A stretch of 48,976 nucleotides of DNA from Dehalococcoidia bacterium (GCA_034435615.1 DAOTWZ010000079.1:1-48976), one strand, 5' to 3'. Numbered from the stretch's first letter, positions 30,403 through 42,951 are shown. Notes: a model not told the origin generated them from the sequence alone. Program-made: numbers and translations.

Positions 30403-31743
30403 TCAGTTACGGGACTTGGGCCACATAGAGAGGAGACGGCGCCCCTCGCTCCCTGCCAGGCTCTTGAGGAGCCGCCTCACCTCCCAGTACTGGTTCAGGA
30501 GCCGGTTGACCTCGGCGACGGTGGTGCCCGAGCCACGAGCGATGCGCCGCCGCCGGCTGCCATCGATGATCTCCGGGTGGCGCCGCTCCTGCGGCGTCAT
30601 GGAGAGGATGATGGCCTCCGCCCGTTTCAGGTAGCGCTCGTCCATGGCCTCCTTGGGTAGCTGGCCCTTGATGGCGGCGAAGCCGGGCAGCATCCCCAGG
30701 AGCTGCTGGATGGGCCCCATGCGCTGGACCCGCTGGAACTGCATGAGCAGGTCCTCCATGGTGATCTCGCCGCGGCGGGCCCGCTCGGCGAAGCTCTCCA
30801 CCTCTTCCTGGGCGAACTCCTCCTTGGCCTTCTCGATGAGGGTCAGGACATCGCCCATACCCAGGATACGCCCGGCGACGCGGTCGGGATGGAAGGGCTC
30901 CAGGGCGTCCGGCTTCTCGCCCGTCCCCACGAATTTGATGGGCACGCCGGTGACGGCGCGAATGGAGAGGGCAGCGCCGCCGCGGGCGTCGCCGTCCAGC
31001 TTGGTGAGGACGAGGCCCGTGAGCCCCAGCGCCTCATGGAAGGACTGGGCGGCGTGCACCGCCTCCTGCCCGGTCATGGCGTCCGCCACCAGGAGCACCT
31101 CAGTAGGGGAGAAGGCCTGACGCAGCTCCCGGAGGGCCTCCAGCTCGTCCTCGGCCAGGGCGACGCAGCCGAAGGTGTCCACCAGCACGAGGGTGGCCCC
31201 CTGGCGGCGGGCCTCCTCCTGGGCCCGTCGGGCCAGCTCCCGCGGCGCCAGCTCGCCCTCGGGAGCGGAGACGGGTATGGATAGCTGCCGTCCCAGGGCG
31301 ATGAGCTGCTGGGCAGCGGCGACGCGGTAAGGATCGGCGGCCACCAGGAGGGGACGCTGCCCCTGCCGCCGCAGGTGCAGCCCCAGCTTGGCGGCGGTGG
31401 TGGTCTTGCCGGAGCCCTTGAGCCCCACCAGCATCACCACCGTGGGCGGTGTGCGGGCGAGCTCAAGGTGGGCCTGCCCGCCGCCCAGCACCTCCTTCAG
31501 CTCCTGATGGACGATGTCTATTATCTGCTGGACGGGGGTGAGGCTCCTGTGCACCTGGGCGCCCAGGGCGCGCTCCCTCACCCGGGATATGAACTGCCGC
31601 ACCACCTGGAAGTGGACGTCCGCCTCCAGGAGGGCGAGACGCACCTCCCTCAGGGCTTCGTCCAGGTCCTTCTCGGTGACGGTGCCGCGATTTCCCAGGC
31701 GGCGGAAGGCAGCCTGCAGCTTCTCTGTCAGGGTATCGAACAT
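30403..31743 (-). CDS. ffh: Signal recognition particle protein Ffh.
   Basis: The product contains MFDTLTEKLQ, an NG domain (GLKGSGKTTTAAKL, DTFG) and a Met-rich M domain. Confidence 0.95.
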   Translation of the reverse strand: MFDTLTEKLQAAFRRLGNRGTVTEKDLDEALREVRLALLEADVHFQVVRQFISRVRERALGAQVHRSLTPVQQIIDIVHQELKEVLGGGQAHLELARTPPTVVMLVGLKGSGKTTTAAKLGLHLRRQGQRPLLVAADPYRVAAAQQLIALGRQLSIPVSAPEGELAPRELARRAQEEARRQGATLVLVDTFGCVALAEDELEALRELRQAFSPTEVLLVADAMTGQEAVHAAQSFHEALGLTGLVLTKLDGDARGGAALSIRAVTGVPIKFVGTGEKPDALEPFHPDRVAGRILGMGDVLTLIEKAKEEFAQEEVESFAERARRGEITMEDLLMQFQRVQRMGPIQQLLGMLPGFAAIKGQLPKEAMDERYLKRAEAIILSMTPQERRHPEIIDGSRRRRIARGSGTTVAEVNRLLNQYWEVRRLLKSLAGSEGRRLLSMWPKSRN

Positions 31744-31865
31744 TGCCGATTTAACATTTTAGGCCACCGGGCAGCCTCGGGGAAAGGAAGGGGGTAGACA
31801 CCGCCCGCCAGCCCTGCTCTAGCTAAATAGTAATCATTATGGCCTTCTCCGGCTAGAGGGCCCCG

Positions 31866-32066
31866 TCAGCGGCCCCGGGCCCGCCTGCCGAAGGCCCCCA
31901 GGAAGGGAGAGCCGGCCCCCAGGAGAAAGCCGAAGTCATACCAGTTGCCGGCCCTACCCGTGTTATAGAAGGGGAAGCCCTCCCAGACGCCGAAGACGTG
32001 GGCGATGAGGACGATCCACGCCGTCAGGCCGTTCCAGAGGCCCCAGAGGAAGTCCTGCCACCACAT
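31866..32066 (-). CDS. Small Trp-rich membrane protein (66 aa), hypothetical.
   Basis: The ATG at 32066 is preceded by AGGAGGGGGAG. The product MWWQDFLWGLWNGLTAWIVLIAHVFGVWEGF has one or two hydrophobic helices. The ORF track's longer 115-aa version has no RBS. Confidence 0.45.
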   Translation of the reverse strand: MWWQDFLWGLWNGLTAWIVLIAHVFGVWEGFPFYNTGRAGNWYDFGFLLGAGSPFLGAFGRRARGR

Positions 32067-32152
32067 CTCCCCCTCCTGTAGGCCGCGGGCCGCCGGGCGG
32101 GCGGCCCGGGCCTTCCCTCGGACGGCCGGGGCCGGCGGCGCCGCGGCGGCAC

Positions 32153-33187
<1,035 letters not shown>

Positions 33188-33304
33188 TCAGGGGCAGAGT
33201 AGCCCCTCTGAGCGTTCCAGTTCCAGGATAACATAGGGACGGGGTTGGGCCATCGCCCTCGCCCGCCCCTGGGGGTTACAGGGCCGTAGCAGTGGCCGGC
33301 CGCC

Positions 33305-33826
33305 CTAGGCCAGGGCGCCCTGCAGCCCCATAAGTCCCCGCACGTGCTGTATCTCCCCCAGGTGGGTGAAGCCGTGGGTCATGCAGGTGGTGCCTATGGC
33401 GTTGGCCACCTTCATCTCGCCCAGGGGCTTCACGGTGACCACCTGCTGCAGGTAGTCGTCGTCGATGCTGGCCAGGAAGGAGTCCACCGCCTGCCAGACC
33501 TGGCGGGCGTAGTCCAGGAACTCCTGGGCGGAGGGGAGGCGGAGGGCCCGCGCCTGCTCCAGCGTCCAGCCGGTGCCCTGGTGGACGCGGTCCAGGCCCC
33601 AGCGCTCGTGCCAGCCGCCCTCCATCCAGACGGTGGGCTGCCGTTGCAGGACGAAGCGGACGATGTTGTCCTCCGTCCGCACCACGTGCCAGGCCACGAA
33701 GGCTATGGGCACCCCGTGCTCGGTGGCCGTCCAGTGGAGCTGTTCCGGCGTCAGGTCTTTGAGCAGCTCCTCGTACTGGCTGTGCATGCGGTTGAGGTGC
33801 TCCCTCAGGAACTCGACCAGGGCCAT
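33305..33826 (-). CDS. DinB/YfiT-like (DinB_2) putative metal-dependent hydrolase.
   Basis: The 173-aa product shows the four-helix-bundle His pattern (WHVVRTEDN...HGFTHLGEIQHVRG). Confidence 0.7.
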   Translation of the reverse strand: MALVEFLREHLNRMHSQYEELLKDLTPEQLHWTATEHGVPIAFVAWHVVRTEDNIVRFVLQRQPTVWMEGGWHERWGLDRVHQGTGWTLEQARALRLPSAQEFLDYARQVWQAVDSFLASIDDDYLQQVVTVKPLGEMKVANAIGTTCMTHGFTHLGEIQHVRGLMGLQGALA

Positions 33827-33891
33827 GGGCTCCTCCTCGCGTGGGGGGTCTCGCGCCGCTAATGTAGGGCCGCCCTATCCGGCATGTCAAG

Positions 33892-34755
33892 CTAGCCGGC
33901 CAGGAGGAGGCGCCGGGGCTGGCCGCCCGGCGAGCGACGGAAGTTGACCAGGTAGAATCCACCGTCCACCTCTTCCACGCGGCAGCGGCCCGGCCGGGCC
34001 AGGACGGCGGCCGTCTCCCGGCCCAGGGCCGCCCTCTCCTCCGCCGCGTCCTCCCCGGGGGGCAGGAGGCCGCTCTGGGCCACCGTCTGCAACTGGAGGT
34101 CACAGAGGGACAGGAGCCAGCCCAGGAGCAGCTCCGCCCAGCCCAGGTGGAAGGAGCTTTCGGCGAAGGCCACGGGCAGATGGTCCAGGGCCAGCTCCGG
34201 CCCCGTCAGCAGGGCGCTGGCGCCGAAGTGGGGCTGGGAGAGCTCGCTGGCCGGCCGGTAGATGGCGGCGAGCCGCGGCTCCTGGGCGATGGCGGAGCTG
34301 GCCCGGTAGCGGCCCAGGGCCAGGGAGAGCGCGGGGGGCTCCGTCTCCTGGACGAGGGCCTCCGCCAGCCACTCCCGCCACTCAGTGAAGGCGGAGGCCA
34401 GCAGGCCCCGCTGGGCGGCCACCATATCGCAGGCGGTCCGCACCAGCGGCACCGCGGAGGCGTAGGAGCCCCGGACCAGGAGCTGACAGGCATCGGCCAG
34501 GGCGGCGAAGGCGCGGCCCCAGAGGGCCAGCAGGGCCGCCGCCTCCCCGCTGCGCTGGCGGGCCAGCGCCCTGGCCAGCCGGAGCTGCAGCACCATGCCC
34601 CGCTCGAAGAGGGAGAGCTCTTGCCCCAGGAGGAACTGGGACTGACGGTAGGCATCCTGGACGTCCGGGGACTCCTCCTGCGGCCGGGGCGGCAGCCGGT
34701 AGCGCTCCGGCACCCGCAGAGGGCCGATGCGGGTACGGGGCCGCTCCCCGGCCAT
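33892..34755 (-). CDS. Hypothetical protein (287 aa), no family recognised.
   Basis: Its ATG lies 3 nt after the eno stop (TAG-GCC-ATG). The protein is Ala/Leu-rich and has no motif I can place. Confidence 0.5.
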   Translation of the reverse strand: MAGERPRTRIGPLRVPERYRLPPRPQEESPDVQDAYRQSQFLLGQELSLFERGMVLQLRLARALARQRSGEAAALLALWGRAFAALADACQLLVRGSYASAVPLVRTACDMVAAQRGLLASAFTEWREWLAEALVQETEPPALSLALGRYRASSAIAQEPRLAAIYRPASELSQPHFGASALLTGPELALDHLPVAFAESSFHLGWAELLLGWLLSLCDLQLQTVAQSGLLPPGEDAAEERAALGRETAAVLARPGRCRVEEVDGGFYLVNFRRSPGGQPRRLLLAG

Positions 34756-34758
34756 GGC

Positions 34759-36610
<1,852 letters not shown>

Positions 36611-36657
36611 CGCTATCAGTCCTCTCTCTCCTCGCCGTCCTTCGTATCGGGAGAAAT

Positions 36658-36666
36658 ATGATAGCA
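36658..36666 (-). promoter_or_regulatory. Extended -10 TGCTATCAT for the LOG-like/eno operon.
   Basis: It is a minus-strand motif about 45 nt upstream of the ATG at 36610. Confidence 0.4.
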
Positions 36667-36781
36667 CAAGGCCGGCCTAGCCGCTGCCCGAGAGACGGAC
36701 GCGGGGCGGCCCCGGCCTCCAGCGCGCCTTCCGGGAGGCCGGGGGCCGCCTGGCCTGTCCGGCTGAGGGCCCGGGGAGGCT

Positions 36782-37738
36782 CTAGGCGCCCCGCCCCTGC
36801 ACCCTGGCCCGCGGGTGGGCGTTGTCGTACGCCTCCCGCAGGTGCTCGCGGGTCAGGTGGGTGTAGACCTGGGTGGTGGCGATGCTGGCGTGCCCCAGCA
36901 GCTCCTGCAGGTCCCGCAGGGGCATGCCCCCCCGCAGCATATGGGTGGCGAAGCTGTGTCGCAGGGTGTGGGGGGTGACCACAGGTGCCAACCCCACCTC
37001 CCGCGCGTAGCCCTTGAGGATGAGCCAGAAGCCCTGACGGGTGAGCCGCTCGCCCCGCCGGTTCAGGAAGAGGGCCTTCTCGTCCCGCTGGCGGGCCAGG
37101 AAGGGCCGGCCCTCCTCCAGGTACTGACGGAGCGCCTCCGCCGCCTGCTCGTGGATGGGGATGCTGCGCTCCTTGTCCCCCTTGCCCCGACAGCGGACGA
37201 AGGGGGCGGCCCCCAGGTGGACATCGTCCACGTCCAGGGAGATGAGCTCCGTCACCCGCATGCCGGTGGCGTAGAGGAGCTCCAGCATGGCCTGGTCCCG
37301 TCGGGCCTCGGGGGTCTGGCGGCGGGCGGGTTGCTCCAGCAGCTCGTCGACCTCATTGGGGGAGATGGCCCGGGGCAGGGCCTTGTTGACGCGGGGCGAG
37401 GAGAGCCCCTCGGTGGGGTTCCGCCGCATCAGCCCCTCCGACACCAGGAAGGCGAAGAAGGAGCGCACGGCGGCCACCTTGCGGGCCACCGAGGCGTCGT
37501 TGTAGCCGCGACGCCGCAGCTCCAGGATGAAGTCCTGGACGAGCGCCCGGTCCACCTTCTGCCAGGAGGCCTCCCCGCCGAGACGGCCTCCAATGAAGTC
37601 GGCGAGCTGCTGGAGATCGTTGCGGTAGGCGGCGACGGTGTTGGCCGAGGCCCCTTTCTCCACTTCCAGGTATTCCAGGAACCGGGCCAGACCATCGCCA
37701 AGGCTGGGCGGCGCCTTGGGACGTGTTCCGGTCACCAT
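36782..37738 (-). CDS. Tyrosine site-specific recombinase, XerC/XerD type.
   Basis: The catalytic R...HxxR...Y signature is present (HTLRHSFATHML, LGHASIATTQVYTHL). The ATG at 37738 follows AAGGAGGTGA. I cannot assign C versus D. Confidence 0.85.
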   Translation of the reverse strand: MVTGTRPKAPPSLGDGLARFLEYLEVEKGASANTVAAYRNDLQQLADFIGGRLGGEASWQKVDRALVQDFILELRRRGYNDASVARKVAAVRSFFAFLVSEGLMRRNPTEGLSSPRVNKALPRAISPNEVDELLEQPARRQTPEARRDQAMLELLYATGMRVTELISLDVDDVHLGAAPFVRCRGKGDKERSIPIHEQAAEALRQYLEEGRPFLARQRDEKALFLNRRGERLTRQGFWLILKGYAREVGLAPVVTPHTLRHSFATHMLRGGMPLRDLQELLGHASIATTQVYTHLTREHLREAYDNAHPRARVQGRGA

Positions 37739-37928
37739 AACATCCCTCACCTCCTTACAGAATCAGTAGTGTGCACGGGCCCCGCCTGCGTTTAGCCCCC
37801 GGCGCACGGCACTTTTCCACATCTTATCCACGCAGAGGGCCCTGGGGGAAATATGTGGCTACCGGTGCCAGGGGTCAAGGGCTTTTGGCCGCTAAGACGC
37901 CAAAACTGGCCAAATGGCCGCGCCAGCG

Positions 37929-38563
37929 TCAGCCACCGGTCTCCTCCCCCACCTGCCACGCCTGCGGCCCTATCAGGGGAACGAAGCGGCAGGCCCCCAG
38001 TCGACGCTGCCGCAGCCCGGACGCCTCCTTGGTCACCACCACCAGCTCCTGCAGGTCGCGGCCCCCCACCGGGACGGTCATGCGCCCCCCGGTGGCCAAC
38101 TGCTCCAGGAGCTCCCGGGGCACGGAGGGGGCGGCGGCGGTGACGATGATGGCGTCGTAGGGCGCCTCCTCCGGCCAGCCCAGGACATCCTCCCGGGCCA
38201 GCTGCACCCGGACGTTGTCGTAGCCCAGCTCGGCCAGCAGGCGGGCCGCCCGCTGGGCCAGCTCTGGTATCCGCTCCACGGTGACGACCTCCCGCGCCAG
38301 CTCGGCCAGGATCGCCGCCTGGTAGCCGGAGCCGGTCCCTATCTCCAGGACCTTCTCATCGCCCCGGAGGGCCAGCGCCTCCGTCATTATGGCCACGATG
38401 AGGGGCTGGGAGATGGTCTGCCCGTGGCCGATGGGCAGGGGACGGTTCTCGTAGGCGTAAGGCACCAGATCCGGCGGGACGAAACGCTCTCTGGGCACGC
38501 GTGTCAGGGCAGCCAGGACGCGTTCATCGTCGATCTCTTCCCGAAGCTCGGCGAGAAGGGCCA
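37929..38563 (-). CDS. pcm: Protein-L-isoaspartate O-methyltransferase.
   Basis: The product contains VPRERFVP and a SAM motif (LEIGTGSGYQAAILA). The start at 38563 (MALLAEL) aligns with E. coli Pcm. A longer alternative start exists at 38618. Confidence 0.85.
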
Positions 38564-38673
38564 TTTTCGCCCTTTGGAGACTATTTCCCAGGTTACGGCG
38601 CCCGTCGAGCATGGTCATCTTCAGTATACAACCGGGGCGGCGGCCGCCTTACTATCTATCAGGGGAGACGGCC

Positions 38674-39432
38674 ATGGCCAGGTTCTGGGTGGGCACATCA
38701 GGCTGGCACTACTACCACTGGCTGGGCAACTTCTACCCGGAGGACCTGCCCAGCGGCCGCTGGCTGGCCTACTACGCCCGCCACTTCGCCACGGTGGAGC
38801 TCAACAACTCCTTCTACCGCCAGCCGCGGCCCAGCGCCTGGGAGCTGTGGCGACGCACCGTGCCCGAGGGCTTCCGCTTCGCCGTGAAGGCCAACCGCTT
38901 CATCACCCACATCAAACGGCTGCGGGAGGTAGCGGACTCCCTGGAGCGCTTCCTTGAAGGGGCCAGCCGGCTGGGCGACCGCCTGGGGCCCCTGCTCTAT
39001 CAGCTTCCACCATCTTTCCACAGGACGGAGGAGAACCTGGAGCGGCTGGCCCGCTTCCTGGAGCTGCTGCCGCGGCAGCAGCAGCACGCCGTGGAGTTCC
39101 GTCACCGCTCCTGGTTCGGCGAGGAGACGTGGTCAATGCTCAGGCGCTACGGCGTGGCCTTCTGCTGCTTCGACTCCCCCGGCCTCAAGACCCCCCTGGT
39201 GGCGACGGCCCCCCACGCCTACGTCCGCTTCCACGGTGGCGAGGCCCTCTACGCCAGCAACTACAGCGACGAGGCGCTGTGGGAGTTCTCCCGTCGCCTG
39301 CTGGCCCTGGGCCAGGAGACGGCAGAGGTCTACGTCTACTTCAACAACGATGCCTGCGGCTTCGCTGTGAGCAACGCCCGCACCCTGCGGGACTACCTGG
39401 AGACGCCCGCAGAGGGGCGCCCGGAGGCCTAG
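38674..39432 (+). CDS. DUF72 (YecE-like) protein.
   Basis: The product begins MARFWVGTSGWHYYHWLGNFYP. The SD GGGGAG precedes it. Confidence 0.75.
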   Translation: MARFWVGTSGWHYYHWLGNFYPEDLPSGRWLAYYARHFATVELNNSFYRQPRPSAWELWRRTVPEGFRFAVKANRFITHIKRLREVADSLERFLEGASRLGDRLGPLLYQLPPSFHRTEENLERLARFLELLPRQQQHAVEFRHRSWFGEETWSMLRRYGVAFCCFDSPGLKTPLVATAPHAYVRFHGGEALYASNYSDEALWEFSRRLLALGQETAEVYVYFNNDACGFAVSNARTLRDYLETPAEGRPEA

Positions 39433-39478
39433 CGCCTGATTTCACAATCACGCTACTATATAGGGGCGGAGGTGGCCC

Positions 39479-39937
39479 ATGCGGTTCGACATCACCAAGC
39501 TGCCCATAGACGTCCTCGTCCTCGGCGGGCTGGCGGTGGCCATCATGGCCACCTTCCTGGCCGCCTTCACGCTGACCACCGGCATCGAGGTCGGCGAGGA
39601 GGGCGGCGAGGGTGGCGGCGGCACGCCGGTGGGCCCGCCCCAGACGGAGGTCACCATACGCGGCCTGCGGGGCAACGTCTTCGACACCGACCAGCTTGTG
39701 GTAGTGGCGAACCAGGACGTGACCGTCCACTTCGACAACCAGGATGCCGGCATCCCCCACAACTTCCACCTGTACCGCTCCCCCCAGGCCCAGGAGTCCA
39801 TAGCAGCCGGCGAGGTCTGCATGGGCCCCTGCAGCTACGACGTCACCTTCAACGTGCCAGAGGGGGACTACTTCTACCGCTGCGACATCCACCCCACCAC
39901 CATGACGGGTACCCTCCTGGCCAGGCCGGCCCAGTAG
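39479..39937 (+). CDS. Membrane-anchored cupredoxin (type-1 blue copper protein, plastocyanin/amicyanin-like).
   Basis: The product has an N-terminal TM helix, a Gly/Glu-rich linker and a cupredoxin domain. Copper-ligand candidates are H in IPHNFH and C-x2-H-x3-M in YRCDIHPTTM. Confidence 0.65.
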   Translation: MRFDITKLPIDVLVLGGLAVAIMATFLAAFTLTTGIEVGEEGGEGGGGTPVGPPQTEVTIRGLRGNVFDTDQLVVVANQDVTVHFDNQDAGIPHNFHLYRSPQAQESIAAGEVCMGPCSYDVTFNVPEGDYFYRCDIHPTTMTGTLLARPAQ

Positions 39938-39941
39938 CCGC

Positions 39942-41786
39942 CTAGAGGGACTCCAGCACCTTACGGGCCAGCGCCCGTGTGAAGCCGGGCGTGGCCGCCA
40001 CGTCTTCCAGCGGCGCCTCCCGTATCGCCTGCAGGGAGCCGAACTTCCGTATGAGGGCCCTCTTGCGCTTGGGGCCGATGCCGGGGATGCTGTCCAGGGC
40101 CGACTCCAGCCCCGCCCTGTCCCGCACCCGGCGGTGGTAGGTGATGGCGAAGCGGTGGGCCTCGTCCCGGATGCGCTGGACCAGATAGAGGGCCTGGGAG
40201 GTGCGGGGGAGGACGATGGGCTCCGCCAGGTCCACCACGAACAGCTCCTCGAACCGCTTGGCCAGCCCCGCCAGGGGGATGTGGCCCACCCCCATGTCCC
40301 GCATCACGTCATGGGCGGCGGAGACCTGCCCCTTGCCGCCGTCCACCAGCACCAGGTCCGGCAGCTTGGCGAAGGAATCGCCCTCCTGGTCCCCCTTCTG
40401 GGCGGCCGCGCTGGCCCGCTGGAAGCGGCGGCGCAGCACCTCCTGCAGCATGGCGAAGTCGTTGGGCCCGGTCGTCAGCTTGATGCGGAAGCGGCGGTAC
40501 TCCGCCGGCCGCGGCTTCCCCTCCACGAAGACGACCATGGAGCCCACGGCGTGCGCTCCCTGAATGTTGGATATGTCATAACACTCGATGCGGCGAGGCG
40601 GCCCCGGCAGCCCCAGCTCCTCCGCCAGCTCCGTCAGCGCCTGCCGCAGGTTGTTGCGCTCCGAGAGGAGGCGCACCCGCAACGCCTTCAGCGACTGGTG
40701 GGCGTTCTCGATGGCCATCTCCACCAGGGAGCGCTCCTTCCCCTCCCCGGGGATGCGCAGGCTGACGGGGCCGCCCCGCTTCCCCGCCAGCCAGTCCGTC
40801 AGCAGCTCCTGGTCCTCCACCGGGGCCGGCAGCAGCACCTGCTCCGGTATATAGGTGGCCGCCTGGTAGAACTGGGTGAGGAAGCTCCCCAGCACTCGCC
40901 CCGCTGGCTCCCCCTTGGCGCCGTCCAGGGAGAAATGGTCACGGCCGATGACGTTGCCCCCCCGCACGAAGAAGACGTGGACGCAGGCATCGGCCCCCTC
41001 CTGGGCCAGGCCGAAGACGTCCATGTCCACGTGGCGCCCCATGTCCATGGCCTGCCGCTCCCCCAGCCGCTGGATGGCCCGGATCTGGTCGCGCAGGCGG
41101 GCCGCCCGCTCGAACTCCAGTCGCTCGGAGGCCTCCTCCATCTGCCGCCACAGCTCCTCCACTACCTCGTCGGTGCGCCCCTCCAGGAACTTGATGGTCT
41201 GCTGGACGACGCGGTCGTACTCCTCTTTGCTGCAGAGGCTGGCGCAGGGGCCCAGGCAGCGGTGGATGTAGTACTCCAGGCAGGGGCGGGGATCGTCCCC
41301 GGTGATGGTCTTGGTGCAGGAGCGCCAAGGGAAGAGCTTCTTCACCAGGTCCAGCGTCTTGCGGACGGAGCCGGCCCCGGCGTAGGGGCCGAAGTAGCGG
41401 GCGCCGTCCGGCAGCACCCGCCGGGCTATCTCCACCCGCGGCCAGGGGTCGGACAGGTCTATCTTCAGGTAGGGATAGTGCTTATCATCCTTGAGGCGGA
41501 CGTTGTAGTGGGGGTGGTGGCGCTTGACCAGGCTGGCCTCCAGGATGAGGGCCTCCTGGGGGTTGCGGGTGACGATGTACTCCAGGTCGGCGATGCGAGT
41601 GACCAGCTGGCGCACCTTGGGCTCCAGGCTCCGCGCCGAGCCGAAGTAGGAGCGGACGCGCTCCCTGAGGCGGGTGGCCTTACCCACGTAGATGACCCGT
41701 CCCCGCTCGTCCCGGAAGATATACACGCCAGGGCTGTCGGGGAGGGCCTGCACCTGCTGGCGCAATCGTTCGGCGCGCTCGTCCAT
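39942..41786 (-). CDS. uvrC: Excinuclease ABC subunit C.
   Basis: A GIY-YIG domain is present (GVYIFRDERGRVIYVGKA), followed by a UvrBC-interaction region and an RNaseH-like endonuclease domain with C-terminal HhH. Confidence 0.95.
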   Translation of the reverse strand: MDERAERLRQQVQALPDSPGVYIFRDERGRVIYVGKATRLRERVRSYFGSARSLEPKVRQLVTRIADLEYIVTRNPQEALILEASLVKRHHPHYNVRLKDDKHYPYLKIDLSDPWPRVEIARRVLPDGARYFGPYAGAGSVRKTLDLVKKLFPWRSCTKTITGDDPRPCLEYYIHRCLGPCASLCSKEEYDRVVQQTIKFLEGRTDEVVEELWRQMEEASERLEFERAARLRDQIRAIQRLGERQAMDMGRHVDMDVFGLAQEGADACVHVFFVRGGNVIGRDHFSLDGAKGEPAGRVLGSFLTQFYQAATYIPEQVLLPAPVEDQELLTDWLAGKRGGPVSLRIPGEGKERSLVEMAIENAHQSLKALRVRLLSERNNLRQALTELAEELGLPGPPRRIECYDISNIQGAHAVGSMVVFVEGKPRPAEYRRFRIKLTTGPNDFAMLQEVLRRRFQRASAAAQKGDQEGDSFAKLPDLVLVDGGKGQVSAAHDVMRDMGVGHIPLAGLAKRFEELFVVDLAEPIVLPRTSQALYLVQRIRDEAHRFAITYHRRVRDRAGLESALDSIPGIGPKRKRALIRKFGSLQAIREAPLEDVAATPGFTRALARKVLESL

Positions 41787-41794
41787 CGCATGGT

Positions 41795-41800
41795 TTATTG
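41795..41800 (-). promoter_or_regulatory. -10 TACAAT lying 8 nt upstream of the uvrC ATG (leaderless-type).
   Basis: It is the reverse complement of ATTGTA. The ATG is at 41786. Confidence 0.4.
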
Positions 41801-41889
41801 TAACGCCGGGGCTGGCGGGACGCCCTTACCGCCCCTTGTCAGGGGCAGGCGTAGCTGCCATTATGTAAGAGGCAGGGCCAGGGCTACCG

Positions 41890-41964
41890 GGCAGGGTAGC
41901 TCAGCGGTAGAGCGGCGGCTTCATAAGCCGTGCGTCGTGGGTTCGAATCCCACCCCTGCCACCA
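41890..41964 (+). tRNA. tRNA with anticodon CAU (elongator Met-type, or tRNA-Ile2 if lysidinylated), encoding CCA.
   Basis: The sequence is GGCAGGGUAGCUCAGCGGUAGAGCGGCGGCUUCAUAAGCCGUGCGUCGUGGGUUCGAAUCCCACCCCUGCCACCA. The G1:C72 pair shows it is not an initiator. Confidence 0.9.
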
Positions 41965-42001
41965 GGCCGGCGCCACGCCAGGCCGGAGCGGGAGGGATGT
42001 C

Positions 42002-42484
42002 ATGCCCCTGGACGAGTCGGCCAAGAAGACGGCCCTTCGCATGATCCCCTACGGCCTCTTCGTCCTCGGCACCTGTGGCCAGGAACAGGTCAACGCCTCC
42101 ACCGTCAACTGGGTCTCTCAGGCCTCCTTCCGGCCGCCCCTGGTCATGGTAGGGGTGAAGACGGACAGTCGCGCCTACCAGCACCTGAAGGAGCGGCCCG
42201 TCTTCTCCCTCAACTTCCTGGAGAGCGGCCAGAAGGATGTGGCCTTCGCCTTCTTCAAGACGGTGGAGCCGGAGGGGGAGACCATAGGCGGTTACCGCTT
42301 CCAGAGGGGCGAGACGGGCGCCCCTATCCTGGAGGTGGCCCCCGCCTGGGTGGAGTGCCGCGTCACCGACGTCATCGAGCGGGGCGACCACGCCGTGGTA
42401 GTGGGGGAGGTGGTGGCCGCCGGCCTGCGCCGGGAGGCCCAGCCCCTCACCATGGCGGAGTGCGGCGTCACCTACGGCGGTTAG
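42002..42484 (+). CDS. Flavin reductase-like FMN-binding protein.
   Basis: The product MPLDESAKKTALRMIPYGLFVLGT...NASTVNWVSQASFRPPLVMV shows the flavin reductase split-barrel pattern. Confidence 0.75.
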   Translation: MPLDESAKKTALRMIPYGLFVLGTCGQEQVNASTVNWVSQASFRPPLVMVGVKTDSRAYQHLKERPVFSLNFLESGQKDVAFAFFKTVEPEGETIGGYRFQRGETGAPILEVAPAWVECRVTDVIERGDHAVVVGEVVAAGLRREAQPLTMAECGVTYGG

Positions 42485-42558
42485 GCCGCCTTGACGCGGG
42501 GAAGCACAGGCCCTACCCTCTCGGCAGCGGGCTTGTCCAGCCCGCCGGGAGGAAGGCT

Positions 42559-42951
42559 ATGAAGGAGTTCGTCAGGAGCGCAGCGGGCGTTCATGCCCCG
42601 GTAGGCCGCTACTCCCACTGTGTCAGGGTGGGCAACACCATATACCTGGCAGGCCAGGTGGCCCTGAACGAAAGGGGAGAGCTGGTGGGCCGGGGCGACA
42701 TCAGGGCCCAGACGGAGCAGGTCTTCAGGAACATCCAGGCCCTCTTGGCCGCCTGCGGGGCCTCCCTGGGGGACCTGGTCAAGATAACTAACTACCTGGT
42801 ACGAGAGGAAGATATAGCCCCCTACCTGGAGACGCGGGCCCAGTTCCTCACCGGTGAGCCCCCGGCCTCCACCCTGCTGGTGGTCTCCCGGCTGGCCTCC
42901 CCGGACTTCCTGGTCGAAGTGGAGGGCATCGCCGTGGTGGACGGCCAGTGA
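42559..42951 (+). CDS. RidA/YjgF-family reactive-intermediate deaminase.
   Basis: The product contains APVGRYSHCVRVGNTIYLAGQ and a C-terminal PASTLLVV...VEVEGIAV. Confidence 0.8.
   Translation: MKEFVRSAAGVHAPVGRYSHCVRVGNTIYLAGQVALNERGELVGRGDIRAQTEQVFRNIQALLAACGASLGDLVKITNYLVREEDIAPYLETRAQFLTGEPPASTLLVVSRLASPDFLVEVEGIAVVDGQ

Noticed and set aside
36782-37738. Integrase marking a mobile element or island near tRNA-Met.
   Set aside because: The recombinase has XerC/D-type motifs. The flanks are housekeeping genes (pcm, eno, uvrC). No direct repeats of a tRNA 3' end were found.
40134-42044. A 636-aa plus-strand ORF.
   Set aside because: It is antisense to uvrC and runs through the tRNA gene.
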